From Eledone cirrhosa (Eukaryota), in NCBI GenBank assembly GCA_964016885.1, contig OZ024747.1:5270001-5334000 (forward strand): a stretch of 64,000 nt of DNA, written 5' to 3'. Under the pieces are notes generated by a model that saw only the letters and a program-made list of their open reading frames with translations, was not told where the DNA came from and did no database searches. Shown piece after piece: positions 1 through 15,083 of the stretch. The translations under genes were made by a program, and so were the position numbers. Each line of letters opens with the position of its first letter. Position 1 is the first letter of the stretch.

Positions 1-57
1 TATTAGGTTCACGCTTGAGAGTATATATATATATTTATGTATACTTATATATATATA

Positions 58-165
<108 letters not shown>

Positions 166-208
166 TGTACAGAGCTCCAACACAAATTTATATACATTAT
201 ATACAATG

Positions 209-556
209 TATTACATTTATTGGTTGGTGACGCGCGTTTCGCCAATGATCAGCTCAAGGTTCGATATGTATCGATCTTACGCCGACTCTGTAATCTGCGG
301 CTCGTCGGACCCCTTATAATGTTAGTAGAAAATGAATATATGCTGTATGATAAAGTCAGAAGTTCATATGAACCTTGAGCTGATCAGTGGCGAAACGCGC
401 GTCACCAACCAATAAATGTAATGAAGGAGTAACCAATCGTCCTTGTTATCTTTTCACTATATTACACTCTGTCTAGCTCTACACCTCGACACTGAAGTGA
501 ACTTAAACATCGAGTGCTCACCCGGGTGAACCTACAGTAACTCCAAGTTACACCCC

Positions 557-559
<3 letters not shown>
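209..559. mobile_element. Fold-back PLE pLTR-like element in (TA)n carrying a hammerhead motif (family A)
   Basis: Inverted arms ~211-268 and ~366-421, then a unique tail with CATCGAGTGCTC and a small hairpin (tcacc-cg-ggtga) before (TA)n. AATAAA follows the ribozyme half on each arm. Confidence 0.7.
226..311 (-). ncRNA. Type I hammerhead ribozyme, CCGACGA core variant, extended stem II
   Basis: Minus strand reads ggt-CCGACGA-gcc[nested hairpin gtcggc/gctgat, tcgat/atcga]ggc-GAAAC-gcgc-GTC-acc, then aaccAATAAA. Confidence 0.6.
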
Positions 560-615
<56 letters not shown>

Positions 616-646
616 CATATGCATATATATATATACATACATATGC

Positions 647-726
<80 letters not shown>

Positions 727-990
727 GTATATGTATATTTTTATTATATATATATATATATAATATAACATACATATTTTTATAGCCACATATATAAACG
801 GAATAATTATTTCTAAGAATGTCAAATTAGCCTCTTTGGCTGCATTTGAAAGAATCCGTTCCAAACTGTTCATGAAACTTAAACTAATATTTTGACTGAC
901 GAAGATTGAACGAAATTTCAAATGACGTATGAAATAAGTTGATATTGCTGTTGTTATTGTTGCTGGCACACGCACACACACACACACACA

Positions 991-1072
<82 letters not shown>

Positions 1073-1774
1073 CATGTGTGTGTATGAGTGTATGTGTGTA
1101 TGTGTGTGTGTGTGTGTATGTGTGTATGTGTGTATGTGTGTGTGTAAGGGAGGAAGCTAGGAAGTTAAACAGTTACAACTTCCCTGGTTATCAATATTCT
1201 GGCTTCTTCTTCTCAATTCCAATGATAACTGTATAAACTGGAAGAGAAATGATTAAAGTGTCAAATGTAATATTGACGAAAACGAACAGCAAAACAACAC
1301 AAACATAGCTTGTAATTGTTTCTTTTGATTTATTCTGGAAGAAGACCAATTCTGTGATGGAAAGCTGTAATAGTGAATTGGATCACACACACGTAAACAC
1401 ACACACACACACAGACACACACACACAGACACACACACATACGCACATACACACACATACACGCACATACACGCACATACATACATACACACACACTCAC
1501 ACACGCACACACACACACAGACACACCCATACACACACACACATACACACTCTCACACACACACATACACACACACACACAGACACACACACAGACACTC
1601 ACAGACACACAGACACACGCACACACACACACTCACACACACGCGCTCTCTCTTTCTCTCTCTCTCTCTCAGATATGTACACTCATTGATAGATGGGTAG
1701 ATACATATATACATACATGCTTATATGCATGTATACATGCATACATATATATACATACATGCTTACATACATGC

Positions 1775-1808
<34 letters not shown>

Positions 1809-1841
1809 GCATATATATATATATACATACCCCCCCCCCCA

Positions 1842-2183
<342 letters not shown>

Positions 2184-2372
2184 GTATATATATATATAAA
2201 GAAAAAAAATCAAATCGAAAATGCAACTGGAGTCTTATTTTTTTTTTAAATACATATATTTATTTGGTTCCATTACCGGTTTCGCAGTTCTTCTGCTTTT
2301 CAAAAGTAGAGTTGAGATGGAGGGTCTGTGGCTTTTCTCACGTTTATTTTTCATTTTGTGAAAAAACCTCAC

Positions 2373-2410
<38 letters not shown>

Positions 2411-3572
2411 GAAAAGTATAGAAAGTATTGTAGCAAGAAGCCAACAGTATTCCATAATATATAAGTGACAAAATGGAAAAATAGTTAACGTAAGATGTGG
2501 GAAAATAATTCAACCTCAATTCAAAAAGAATTAGGATATAGATTCATCCACAGAATTTGGTGAAATCCAGGGAAAAATCAATAGAGCCTTAACTCAGAAT
2601 AAAATAAAGTTTAAAATACTCATCCTTCAATTTGGAAAAACTACAAATGCTCTGTATAGTCTTAAAACACTATTTCACGAAACTTTCAGTGGGGATGGTC
2701 ACGGTTGGAATCGATAATTAGCAGAGCTTAAAGATACGATAACCAAAGTGCCACTGTTTATAATATGCCAAATATATATATATGCCAATAAAAACACAGG
2801 CACCTGTTGGTTTTCACTTAAATTTATTTTAGATTTCCGGTTGGTTGGTTGGCTGGTTGGTTGGTTGGTTGGTTGGTTGGTTGGTTGGTTGGTTGGCTGG
2901 TTGGTTGGTTGGTTGGTTGGCTGGTTGGTTGGTTGGTTGGTTGGTTCAATAACCGGATGCTTGTTTATACATTGTCCAAGCTCTTTTGTCACACATTCTG
3001 TGATCTCCTCTAATTTCATATTCTGTGTCTCTCCTTTGTTCTGTCCTATACCATCTTGATGCTGAACGGACTAGATAGTCCGTATCCCAGCAACCGAGTG
3101 GCAATTGACTCAGGTAGTAATATACTAGAAATCATATCACCCGCATATTATACCGAAAAAGCTTATACGAACTCGTCACAAATGACTTAAAGAGACGATA
3201 TAATCAATATATATACACATTCACATCTAAGGAAAGAGGAAGCAACACCTATGCGTTAAAACAGTGACACGAACATTCTAACAAATTGTAATATTGTGGG
3301 TAGAGCTACTCCGTTCACTAACGGGGCTGGAAATTGTAGTTTATATTTTCAGAGTCTTATTTCCTGATGTTATGGTGAAGTATCTTTCAACAAGGAGGTT
3401 GTGTTATTTCCAGCACAACATACACGAACACATACACACAGGCAATGAGGTATACACACATAACTATACACTCACCCTATCCCTAATCTGTTAATTCTCT
3501 AAAACCAGGTTTAAGAAATATATATTTTCAGTTAGTGGCGATTGTTAAATTGTTCTGTTTCGCATTTGAATA

Positions 3573-3638
<66 letters not shown>

Positions 3639-3645
3639 TTTTTAT

Positions 3646-3714
<69 letters not shown>

Positions 3715-3959
3715 GCACACATATATATATATATATATATACTTATATATATTTATTTATTTATACAAACGCTTATATACACACACAGACATACACACAA
3801 ATGAGTTAAATACACATACATATATGTAATGTATTCACATATGCTATAGTTCCTTATTTCTTGATTAAGAATGGTTTTAACAGGTTCGTACACTATCTTG
3901 TTACTAATTTACCAGGTTGTATAAATACGGCTATTTAACAAATAAACATCCACTCTCTA

Positions 3960-4024
<65 letters not shown>

Positions 4025-4036
4025 AAATCTCTCTCA

Positions 4037-4100
<64 letters not shown>

Positions 4101-4122
4101 ATATATCTATATATATATCTCA

Positions 4123-4212
<90 letters not shown>

Positions 4213-4367
4213 TTACTGTCATTCACATATACAGATATGTACGCATATAAGTAATATATATATATATGTGCGTGTGTTTGCGTATGATATATATATATAC
4301 AGACACATACGTATACTTATACACACAGATATACCCCTCTCTCTCTATATATATAATGTATATATAA

Positions 4368-4407
<40 letters not shown>

Positions 4408-4559
4408 ATAGATCTGAATGCGTAGCATTACTTGCACACGTTTGTATAGAAACCTCCACATTAAGATAGTATAAACGTTTTATAACGAACCGCTAAGTCC
4501 AATTAAATCACTTTGAAACCTAACACGATCCGACACACCTCAGCCGACCAGATCTCACT

Positions 4560-4795
4560 ATCCCAACCCTACACCCCTCAGCCCTCTACACCAACCCTAC
4601 ACCCCTCAGCCCTCTACACCAACCCTACACACCTCAGCCTTCTACGCCAGCCCTACACACCTCAGCCGACTACACCAACCCTACACACCTCAGCCCTCTA
4701 CGCCAGCCCTACAACCTCAGCCCTCTACGCCAGCCCTACACACCTTAGCCAACCACCTCTCTCTACACCAACCCTACAAAAGCTAAGGCCCTCTC
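4560..4795 (+). repeat. ~28-bp C-rich minisatellite (cctcagccctctacaccaaccctacacc)
   Basis: About 8 degenerate tandem copies. Confidence 0.8.
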
Positions 4796-5005
4796 TACCC
4801 ACACAGTGACGTGCTCTTGTGTTACCCAACACCTCTTCTTTGCATTGTAAACAATTCATTGCCTATATTCAAAAGCTCCTTACGATAAAAAGCACGGCTA
4901 TTCGGAACGATTGAGATATGGTGCTAATGGTGATGATGGCGTGAGATAAAGAGGGATAGGGGGTGAGAGAGCTAGAGAGGGGGGGTGGGGGGTGAAAGGA
5001 AGAGA

Positions 5006-5113
<108 letters not shown>

Positions 5114-5298
5114 GTGGCAAGGACTGTTAGTGGACGATTGGAGATCGGGTAGTTAAAGAAAACAACGCTGAAAAGTAAAGAGAAGGGAAGAGAAAATCGG
5201 TAGAAAATTGATAAATATCAGGTCTCATATAATATATATATATATATGTGTGTGTGTGTGTAAGCACGTGGGTGGGTGTCTGTGTGTGTATGTGTATG

Positions 5299-5344
<46 letters not shown>

Positions 5345-5487
5345 AGTATATGTTGGTTGTATACCAACACCTCAGTATGCAGGCTGGAGCACTCGACGAA
5401 GTGCGCATGTTGGTTTGGTTACTCCGGAGTAATGTAAAATAAAGTAAAATAAATAAGTCAAATGTTTAAAATTTATCTTCGTTTATT

Positions 5488-5542
5488 ACTGCTATATATA
5501 TTTCGGTGACAGCCATCTTTGGCTGTGACCTCTTCAGGCAGT
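5488..5542 (-). ncRNA. Type I hammerhead ribozyme (antisense twin of 5812-5866)
   Basis: Exact reverse complement of 5812-5866. Confidence 0.85.
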
Positions 5543-5811
5543 CCGAATTAGTGTGGTATAGACAAGTACATATGTTGTTGAGGTGTATAATTTTGTCAAT
5601 ACTCTGATATGCCCAGTTCCTGGTTGGGTTGTTATTTCACTGAGGAACTGGAATCATATAGTTATGAGATTCGACTAGTTACCTCCCCTTACGCATATGA
5701 TTCCAGTTCCTCAGTGAAATAACAACCCAACCAGGAATTGGGCATATCAGAGTATTGACAAAATTATACACCTCAACAACATATGTACTTGTCTATACCA
5801 TACTAATTCGG

Positions 5812-5866
5812 ACTGCCTGAAGAGGTCACAGCCAAAGATGGCTGTCACCGAAATATATATAGCAGT
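5812..5866 (+). ncRNA. Type I hammerhead ribozyme
   Basis: actgc-CTGAAGA-ggtcacagcca(aaga)tggctgtcacc-GAAA-tatat-ATA-gcagt-AATAAA. Stems I and II pair, and the minimal palindromic stem III is typical of PLE HHRs. Confidence 0.85.
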
Positions 5867-6136
5867 AATAAACGAAGCTAAATTTTAAACATTTGACTTT
5901 TTATTTTACTTTATTTTATATATATATATATATAATATTAGGGATACTATTTATGGTTATGTATATATTAAAACTTTTTATAGTTATGTATATTTTAAAT
6001 CCTAAGCAGTGAAGGTCAGTAATTTATTACTACCTTCTTACCAGTAAGATAAATAGCTCAATGTAATAACATCAGTTGTTCTACAGAGAGTTATATAGAA
6101 TTCACAAGAATCAAAGCTATGTTCAAAGCATTTATT

Positions 6137-6183
6137 CACTTACAATTGTTTCATCCAAACCTAGGCTTGGCGTCTTCGGAGCA
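6137..6183 (-). ncRNA. Type I hammerhead ribozyme, CCGAAGA core variant
   Basis: Minus strand reads tgct-CCGAAGA-cgccaagcctaggtttggat-GAAAC-aatt-GTA-agtg-AATAAA. Confidence 0.6.
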
Positions 6184-6684
6184 TTTTTCAATGTTTGTAC
6201 ACATAATTGACCTCCTTTCCAACGCAAGAGACATACAGATACATATATATATATATATATTGATGTACAGTGGAGTGGCATATATCATACTATACTATTT
6301 TTGTACAGCAATTCAAATTCAAAATCAAAATCAAAATCAAAATCAAAATTAAAATTAAAATTAAAATACATTCGGCAGATAACACCTTACACCACAACTC
6401 CACACTCTCTGATCCACCCTATCTCGACACAAATCATTCCATCTATCTATAACTTTGTGCCCTAGAAATATCCCCATAAACACCTACTTTTAATATAACT
6501 ACTTTCAATTACTTATAATTATATAATGATACAATACAGTCTATATAAACTTTAAATACTAGATACGGCAATGAATTACTGCAGTATTCCGAGTGTTTCT
6601 GACGGAGTTGTCCCCAGCTGGATCAGAACCTTCAGGCTGGTTCGTTGCTTTGGGCCCATTGCTGGGCGACCTAAACATTGAGGA

Positions 6685-7680
6685 ACAGCAACAACAACAG
6701 CAATAAAAATAACCACCATCACCACCAAGAACAACACCAGCACCACCACCGACACCAACATCACCAACACAAGCATCACCACCAACACCAACACCACAAG
6801 CACTACCACCAACACAAACACTACCTAAAAAGAAATGATGCTTGTGGTGATGGTGGTGGTAGTGATGACGGTGGTAATGATGGCGATGATGATGATGATG
6901 ATGGCGTTGGTAATGATGACGGTGGTGATGATGGTGGTGGTGATGATGGCGTTGGTGGTGGAGACGGTGATGGTGGTGAAGGCGGTGCTGGTGGCGGCGG
7001 TGCTGGTGATGATGGCGGTATTGGTAATGATGGCGGTGGTAGTAATGGTGGTGGTGGTGGTGGTGGTGGTGGTCGTGATGATAGTGGTGGTAATGATGGC
7101 GGTGGTGGTGGTGATAACGGTAGTGATAATGGTGGTGGTGGTGATGGTGATGGTGGTGGTGGTAATGGTGGTGGTGGTGGTGGTGATGGTGGTGGTGGTG
7201 GTGGTAATGGTGGTGGTGGTGGTGGTAATGGTGGTGGCGGTGGTGGTGGCGGTGGTGGTGATGGTGGTGGTGGGTGGTGGTGGTGGTGGTGGTGGTGGTG
7301 GTGATGGTGGTGGTGGTGGTAGTAATGATGGCGATGGTGGTGATGGTAATGAAGGTGATGGCGGTGGTGGTGGTAGATCTGGTAGAGTTAGTCGTAGAGA
7401 TGTTAGCTGAAGTATAAAGCTAAAATGTTTTTCCGGAGTCACTGAAATCCAGTCCTAACGCCAGATCTAATGGATTGACAATACAACCAGTCTCGTAGAG
7501 CGAGATAACAAAGTTATTATTTGGGAATCTGTTATTGTTACTGTTGTTGTTGATATTGTTGTTGTTGTTGGTGGTGGTGGTGACGGTGGTGGTAATGGTG
7601 GTGGTGGTGGTGGTGGTGGTGGTGGTCGTGGTGTGGTGGTGGTGGTGGTGGTGGTGGTGGTGGTGGTGGTGGCGGCTTAT
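6685..7680. repeat. Degenerate (CAC/CAA)n and (GGT/GAT)n trinucleotide tracts
   Basis: Low-complexity triplet repeats that produce the His-, Gly- and Val-rich ORFs. Confidence 0.85.
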
Positions 7681-7745
7681 TGTTGTTATTGTGGCTCAAG
7701 TGATTATTGCTGTTTTTGGTAGTATTGATTGCAGATGTGTGCATG

Positions 7746-7856
<111 letters not shown>

Positions 7857-7863
7857 GTATATA

Positions 7864-7940
<77 letters not shown>

Positions 7941-8023
7941 ATATGTATATATGTATGTCTATATTATATATATGTGTGTGGGGGGGGAGAGAGACAGAAT
8001 GAGAGGGGAAAGAAAGGAAAAGA

Positions 8024-8117
<94 letters not shown>

Positions 8118-8289
8118 GGGTGAGAAAGAGGAGGAAATGAGAGATACTTCCGAAATATTATATTGTATGTTGTTAAGTTTGTTGTTGTAGTTATTCGACA
8201 ATCTGTACTATTATGTGTGTATATATATATGTACGTGTGTATGACTGTGTGTGCGTTTGCATATATATGTGTGTGTATGAGTGTGGACA

Positions 8290-8765
8290 TAAGTGTGTGT
8301 GTCAATATGTATGTATTAGCAACTATGTGTGTGTATGTCAATATCTATATATGTATTAGCAACTGTGTATGTATGTGTGAGGGTGTACATGTATGTGTGT
8401 GTGTGTGTGTGAGTGTATATATGTGTGTATGTGTGTGTATGTCAATATCTATATATGTATTAGCAACTGTGTGTGTGTATGTGTGAGGGTGTACATGTAT
8501 GTGTGTATATATGTGTGTATGTGTGAGGGTGTACATGTATGTGTGTGTGTGTGTGAGTGTATATATGTGTGTATGTGTGTCTATGTCAATATCTATATAT
8601 GTATTAGCAACTGTGTGTGTGTATGTGTGAGGGTGTACATGTATGTGTGTATATATGTGTGTATGTGTGAGGGTGTACATGTATGTGTGTGTGTGTGTGT
8701 ATATATGTGTGTATGTGTGAGGGTGTACATGTATGTGTGTGTGTGTACATGTATGTGTGTGTGTG
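8290..8765 (+). repeat. GT-rich compound minisatellite
   Basis: Recurrent blocks gtcaatatctatatatgtattagcaactgtg and gtgagggtgtacatgtatg. Confidence 0.75.
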
Positions 8766-9013
8766 TTGTTTACAAGCAATAGTGCAAAATAATGTGATTT
8801 CCTATTGATAATGTTGTTGTCGATACCCACTTATCGTAGGTACATGGAAAGAGCGTGTTCACACACATACACACACACAAACTCACACACACAGACATAC
8901 ACACACAGACACACACACACACACATATATATATACTTATATATATATATATATATAGACATCTATATACCTACATATATAAATTTACATATATACATAT
9001 ATATATACACACG

Positions 9014-9069
<56 letters not shown>

Positions 9070-9110
9070 AGTATATATGTATAAATATATATATATATAT
9101 GTATATACAT

Positions 9111-9193
<83 letters not shown>

Positions 9194-9342
9194 CATGTTT
9201 GTGTTGATATTTATTTCGATTTCTCTTTTTCCAGTTATCAAGAGATATATATAGAGAGAGAGGGGAAGAGAAATAGAGAAATAGAGAGAGGGAGAGGAAG
9301 AGAGATACAGAGACAAAGATATAGAGTGAGGGAGAAGAAGAG

Positions 9343-9439
<97 letters not shown>

Positions 9440-9545
9440 GAGAGAGGAAGAGAGATAGAGAAAAAAACCCATTAACATGTTCTAACTTTGCATTCTAACG
9501 AACAATGCTTCACAGTTTGATTGATTGTTGACCATTTTGTCATGT

Positions 9546-9653
<108 letters not shown>

Positions 9654-9658
9654 GTATA

Positions 9659-9763
<105 letters not shown>

Positions 9764-10502
9764 GTATGTATATATATATTATATTATATATATGTATGTA
9801 TGTATCTATATACCTACTCCACTTCCTCCAAGCATGAACCTAATATAAATTTGCCTCCTGTGTTTTGTTTGTTTCATTTATTAACTATATAGAGAGAGAA
9901 GTATATTAGTGCGACCACACTATCTTGAAGATAGAAGATTTTTTGCATTGATGTCGAATTGATATCGCAGTGTAAACTGCAGTTGTTTATGGTTCTTTAT
10001 TTGTTGAGACAATTAGATATGAAGTTAATCAATGGAATCCCCATCTTCTGTTGTATTTTAATGGATAAATTCTAAATTTGAGAGCAATAACAGGATTTCA
10101 ATTCAACTCTCCTTTAATCCAACTGGTTGGATGGATAAGTACTAACCTATCCATTACCAGAAAAGACCTTGAATGCAGGCTTTGTTTGGGAGCTCTAAAA
10201 GAACCCTTTCTTTAACGACCATTACTAGCACTACGCTATATTTCCTTCATAGTATATTTCTTTAAATCCCCAATTGTCTGATATTCCAAAGGTGTATGTT
10301 TTGTAAGTTTGAAGTAGATGTTAATCGTGCAAATATATATATATATAAGAAGAAAGAGGGGCTGTGTGGTTGCTGGATAAGGTGTACTTATAAATAAGAG
10401 GAAAGCACGAACGGGAGAAAATTTTCCTTAATCAGTTGTCTGGTGGGGATCATGGATATATATATATATATATAATGTATAATAAACAATACAATATAAT
10501 TA

Positions 10503-10570
10503 CCTCATTACCAGAGGTTTCCCGAATAAGACGAATACAAGAAACGTCCTCATTCGTTCGTCAGACAAGG
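10503..10570 (-). ncRNA. Type I hammerhead ribozyme between (TA)n tracts
   Basis: Minus strand reads ccttgt-CTGACGA-acgaatgaggacg...cgtcttattcgg-GAAACC-tct-GGTA-atgagg. All three stems can pair. Confidence 0.8.
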
Positions 10571-10622
10571 CAATTTAAAAGTTTCAATTTAAAATTTTCA
10601 ATTTTCAACGGAAACTTCAATA

Positions 10623-10745
<123 letters not shown>

Positions 10746-10858
10746 GTGTGTGTGTGTGTTTGTGTGTGTATGTATATATGCATCAATGTATTAAAAGTAA
10801 ACTCACAAAATAACGCGAATGTGCCTTAAGGGAAGTAACTACAGAGTTGTATTTTTAT

Positions 10859-10932
<74 letters not shown>

Positions 10933-11330
10933 ATATAAACCCTCTCATAAAAATATATGTGTATGAGAGGGTTTGTGAAAGGTGGATGCAGAAAGCAAAA
11001 AAAAAAAAAAAAAGAATGGAAGAGCAAATTTATGCTAGCATGTTATAGGAAAAGAACTGAAAGCTCAACCATGTTCGAAGTTAGTGTCGGAAAGTTGTAT
11101 TAAATAAAGGAGATTTCAATTTAACATGAACAAAAACTCCATTACGAAACAAAAGACATTTCCGGTAGGTCGTAACAAAGACGAAAACAACAACTTAAAA
11201 CAAAAACAAGGCAAAATATAAAACAAAAATAAATTAATACTATACAATAGAGAATGGTAGTGTTGGTGGTGTTGATGGTGTCTTTGTTAAAAGTATGTAA
11301 TATTATCGATGATCTGAGAAGGATAAGAAA

Positions 11331-11412
<82 letters not shown>

Positions 11413-11416
<4 letters not shown>

Positions 11417-11598
11417 TGGAAATGGCTTCTACAGGACTAGAACTGTTTCATTCGGGAGAAATCATCAGTGCTTCCTGATGATTTTTCAGGAATGAAAAAG
11501 TTCTAGTCCTGTAGAAGCCATTTCTATATTAAATATACTCTGCTATGTATTGAGTACCTTACTTACTGTGGTTACTCCCGATTTAAACCTGGGATAAA

Positions 11599-11600
<2 letters not shown>
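11413..11600. mobile_element. Fold-back hammerhead element, family B
   Basis: Palindrome centred ~11471 with CTGATGA...GAAA on both strands. Plus copy: gcttc-CTGATGA...GAAA(a)AG...CTGTA-gaagc. Tail has TATTGAGTAC. (TA)n on both sides. Confidence 0.8.
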
Positions 11601-11670
<70 letters not shown>

Positions 11671-12110
11671 CGCGCGCGTGTGTGTATGTGTATATGTGTG
11701 TGTACACACACACACACACACATATATATACATATATATATAGTTTGTGATTTATCTCACACACCAATCTGGAGTATAAATGAACACTCCCTTTTATTGA
11801 TTTTCGTCTCTGTGAAATAGTTAACTATAGAAGCAGGCAATTAATATTTTAGAGTTAAATTTATACGTATTATCTTAGTCCTTGTTCTTTCTCTATATAA
11901 GCGAATTCTTTCCTTTTGTTTACTTAACAAACTTTGGTGCAGACTTTAGAGTTTATGAATGTGTATATTTGTGGAGCCATACTTGTATAAATAAGTATAT
12001 GTGTTTATGTGGGTGTTGTATATACTGGGTCTTTATACAAATCTTTATGAGATTTATGTTGATAATAAACTTTTTTGTGCTTATAAATATATATATATAT
12101 GTGTATATGC

Positions 12111-12189
<79 letters not shown>

Positions 12190-12197
12190 TATATATA

Positions 12198-12243
<46 letters not shown>

Positions 12244-12294
12244 CATATATGAATATATATATAAATAAATATATATACATATATATATATAACT

Positions 12295-12354
<60 letters not shown>

Positions 12355-12364
12355 AGTTATATAT

Positions 12365-12486
12365 AAGTTTATCCCGGGTTCAATCGCGGGTAACCACAAT
12401 AAGTAAGGTACTCAATACATAGCAGAGTATAAATTTCTCCCGAATGAAACAGTTCTAGTGCTGTAGAAGCCATTTGTATATTAAAT
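12365..12486. mobile_element. Family B fragment: inverted tail joined to the 3' part of the hammerhead
   Basis: Reverse complement of the 11535-11600 tail, followed by tttctcccgaatGAAACAGttctagtgCTGTAgaagcc. Lies in (TA)n. Confidence 0.75.
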
Positions 12487-12493
12487 ATATATG

Positions 12494-12527
<34 letters not shown>

Positions 12528-12925
12528 TAATAAGGGTTTAGATCGATATTCAATGATTTAGATGTTGTTTACAATTTGCTCAACAAATTCGTCTGGAGCA
12601 TACGCAAAGGAATAATTGTAATACAGCATCCCAGCCAGAAGCCTAAAGCTATGAAAAAATGTATATATGTATATTTGTATATATTAAGAAAACAACGATG
12701 AAGTTTCCTTTACATATTGTTATTGTTACATACGTTTCACAGATGATTGCCTCAAGGTCAACTATGGAAGCCATGAACCCGACTCCAGTATCGATCTGTT
12801 CATCAGGCTTGCTGATTCAATAATTATTGTGCCTGAAATCAGCAAATGTAGAAAACGAGTTGAGAAAATCTCAGCAGAAAAAAAAAAACCGTGCGTTGTG
12901 GAGGTGTGTGGAGTGGATTGAGGTG

Positions 12926-13194
12926 GAAAAGAAGAAGAAGAAGAAGAAGAAGAAGAAGAAGAAGAAGAAGAAGAAGAAGAAGAAGAAGAAGAAGAAGAAG
13001 AAGAAGAAGAAGAAGAAGAAAAAGAAGAAGAAGAAGAAGAAGAAGAAGAATGAAGAAGAAGAAGAAGAAGAAGAAGAAGAAGAAGAAGAAGAAGAAGAAT
13101 GAAGAAGAAGAAGAAGAAGAAGACGAAGAAGAAGAAGAAGAAGAAGAAGAAGAAGAAGAAGAAGAAGAAGAAGAAGAAGAAGAAGAAGAAGAAG
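12926..13194 (+). repeat. (GAA)n microsatellite
   Basis: About 270 bp of nearly pure GAA. Confidence 0.95.
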
Positions 13195-14144
13195 CTGGAG
13201 CTTATTATGTAGGAAATATGGCAGTAAAGAAGTAAAAGGCGTAATATTGTGATTCTAAATCTATATCTCTCTTCCCTAGAAAATATGTCGCTATTGTTAT
13301 ATTGGCTATGTTGACAGTGTTGTATTGTCAACGTGAAGATTTCAGAACTGCTCCAGTGAAATAACAATAAAAGGATTAATCCTTTAGTATTGATAAAGGA
13401 TTATATTTCAACGTCTCTGCACATCGTTTTGTCTCTCTTTTTCTTACTTTCTTATCGACTATTTTTCATTTAACTGAAAGAAAAGTGAAGAGCAACGTGA
13501 TTATGAATTTACTGTCGTTTTGTGTGTTATGTGTATGAAGAGCTCTTTAGGAAATAAGAATTATTATTATTATTTACTGTTATTGTTGTTGTTGTTGTTG
13601 TACTTATTCTTCTTGCTTTTTTATTGTTGCTATTGTTGTTGTAGTTGTTTTTGTTAATCTTGTTGTTGTTTTAATTCTCTTTCTTTGCACATTTAGTTTT
13701 ACTGGTTCGTGTATAGAAAGCTCAAACGAGAGAAGGAACGAGAGAATGGCGATCGTTACGAGAGCGACAAAACCTGTTAAACAGTAAAAAAACAAAACAA
13801 TACCGTTGTTATCTATTTAGAATAGTGCTTAGTTCCTAGCTTTGCTTTGTTATATTACAATCGCAATTTTTAGATAGAAAGGCTAGGATGGGTCGGGTGG
13901 ATTAGACAAAATACTGGCTATGAATTGAAGACTTGGCAGCGTCCTTTCAAACAGCAGAAATATTTTGTTTTTCTATCTTGTATTGTAAAGGAATTAGGAA
14001 AGATTTCCCCTTCTATTTCTAATGCAACTCTTTATTCGGGATCGGTCAATCTTCTTCAGAACTACACATTATCAATCTATCTATCTATCTATCTATCTAT
14101 CTATTTGTCTGTCTGTCTGTGTGATTATCTATTATTTCTCTCTG

Positions 14145-14270
<126 letters not shown>

Positions 14271-14337
14271 CTCACACATATATGTGGAGACAGACAGATA
14301 GACAGACAGATAGATAAATAGATAGATAGATAGATAT

Positions 14338-14530
14338 GTTTCTTTATTAGCCACAAGGGCACAAACGAAGGGGACAAATACAAAGGGGGAAGTTTACATA
14401 CAATAAAAACGTGTAAAATACTATCACAAATACAATTTAAAAATTAATCGATTTTCCCCAATAGGGGAGACATTACATATGGGTAACACATACCCCCGAA
14501 AAAATGTGCAACCCTCATCTACAGGCTGAT

Positions 14531-14532
<2 letters not shown>
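14338..14532 (-). mobile_element. 3' end of a Tx1/L1-like LINE inserted in (GATA)n
   Basis: Reverse complement of the 3' UTR at 38510-38760, with an internal deletion. (GATA)n on both sides. Confidence 0.75.
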
Positions 14533-14585
<53 letters not shown>

Positions 14586-14699
14586 TAGATAAATGACGAC
14601 TAACTAGTTAAGACTAGTAAGCCTAGTTTTCAGCTGAGACCGCGGTACTTAAGAAATATATTACAATGATTTTCTGTCCTACGGCTGAGCTCTCGCCAT

Positions 14700-14805
<106 letters not shown>

Positions 14806-14886
14806 TCAATGACACTGGCAATAGTTATATATCTATATAAATGTTCTGAAGACTAGGATTTTAATTACCTGTTTAAACATACTCTA

Positions 14887-14934
14887 TGTTCCGATGAATC
14901 CAGACATCCGTCTGGAAGAAACAATTATTAGCAA
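14887..14934 (+). ncRNA. Degenerate hammerhead motif (CCGATGA core)
   Basis: CCGATGA-atccagac(atcc)gtctggaa-GAAAC-aatt-atta-gcaa. Stem II is intact; the cleavage site and stem I are decayed. Confidence 0.45.
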
Positions 14935-15026
14935 TTAAATGTATTAATCTAAGATTTGATTGTTTTATATATTTTGTTAAGGTATATTATCCTTGGTTAT
15001 GTCAAATATTTATAAAACATTTTGTA

Positions 15027-15083
15027 TTTTATCTGATGATAGCGTACCAAAATTTGGGTACCCTTGAAATATATATAATAGAA
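15027..15083 (+). ncRNA. Type I hammerhead ribozyme
   Basis: ttttat-CTGATGA-tagcgtacc(aaaatttg)ggtaccctt-GAAA-tatat-ATA-atagaa, with an overlapping AATAAA. Confidence 0.75.

Larger units (their letters stand above)
5345..5920. mobile_element. Long fold-back element with a hammerhead on each arm
   Basis: Near-perfect ~225-bp inverted arms 5435-5659 and 5695-5918 with a ~35-nt spacer. A tail on the left only contains TCGAGTGCTC (minus strand). (TA)n lies on both sides. Confidence 0.85.

Noticed and set aside
890-925. CTGACGA...GAAA word pair
   Set aside because: No convincing stem II, and no stem III or cleavage triplet.
6678-7442. Gly/His-rich 200-aa ORFs
   Set aside because: Open in several frames on both strands; degenerate (GGT)n with no splice or domain evidence.
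12740-12925. Acceptor-like tttcacag followed by an open frame
   Set aside because: No recognisable protein, and it runs into (GAA)n without a clear donor.
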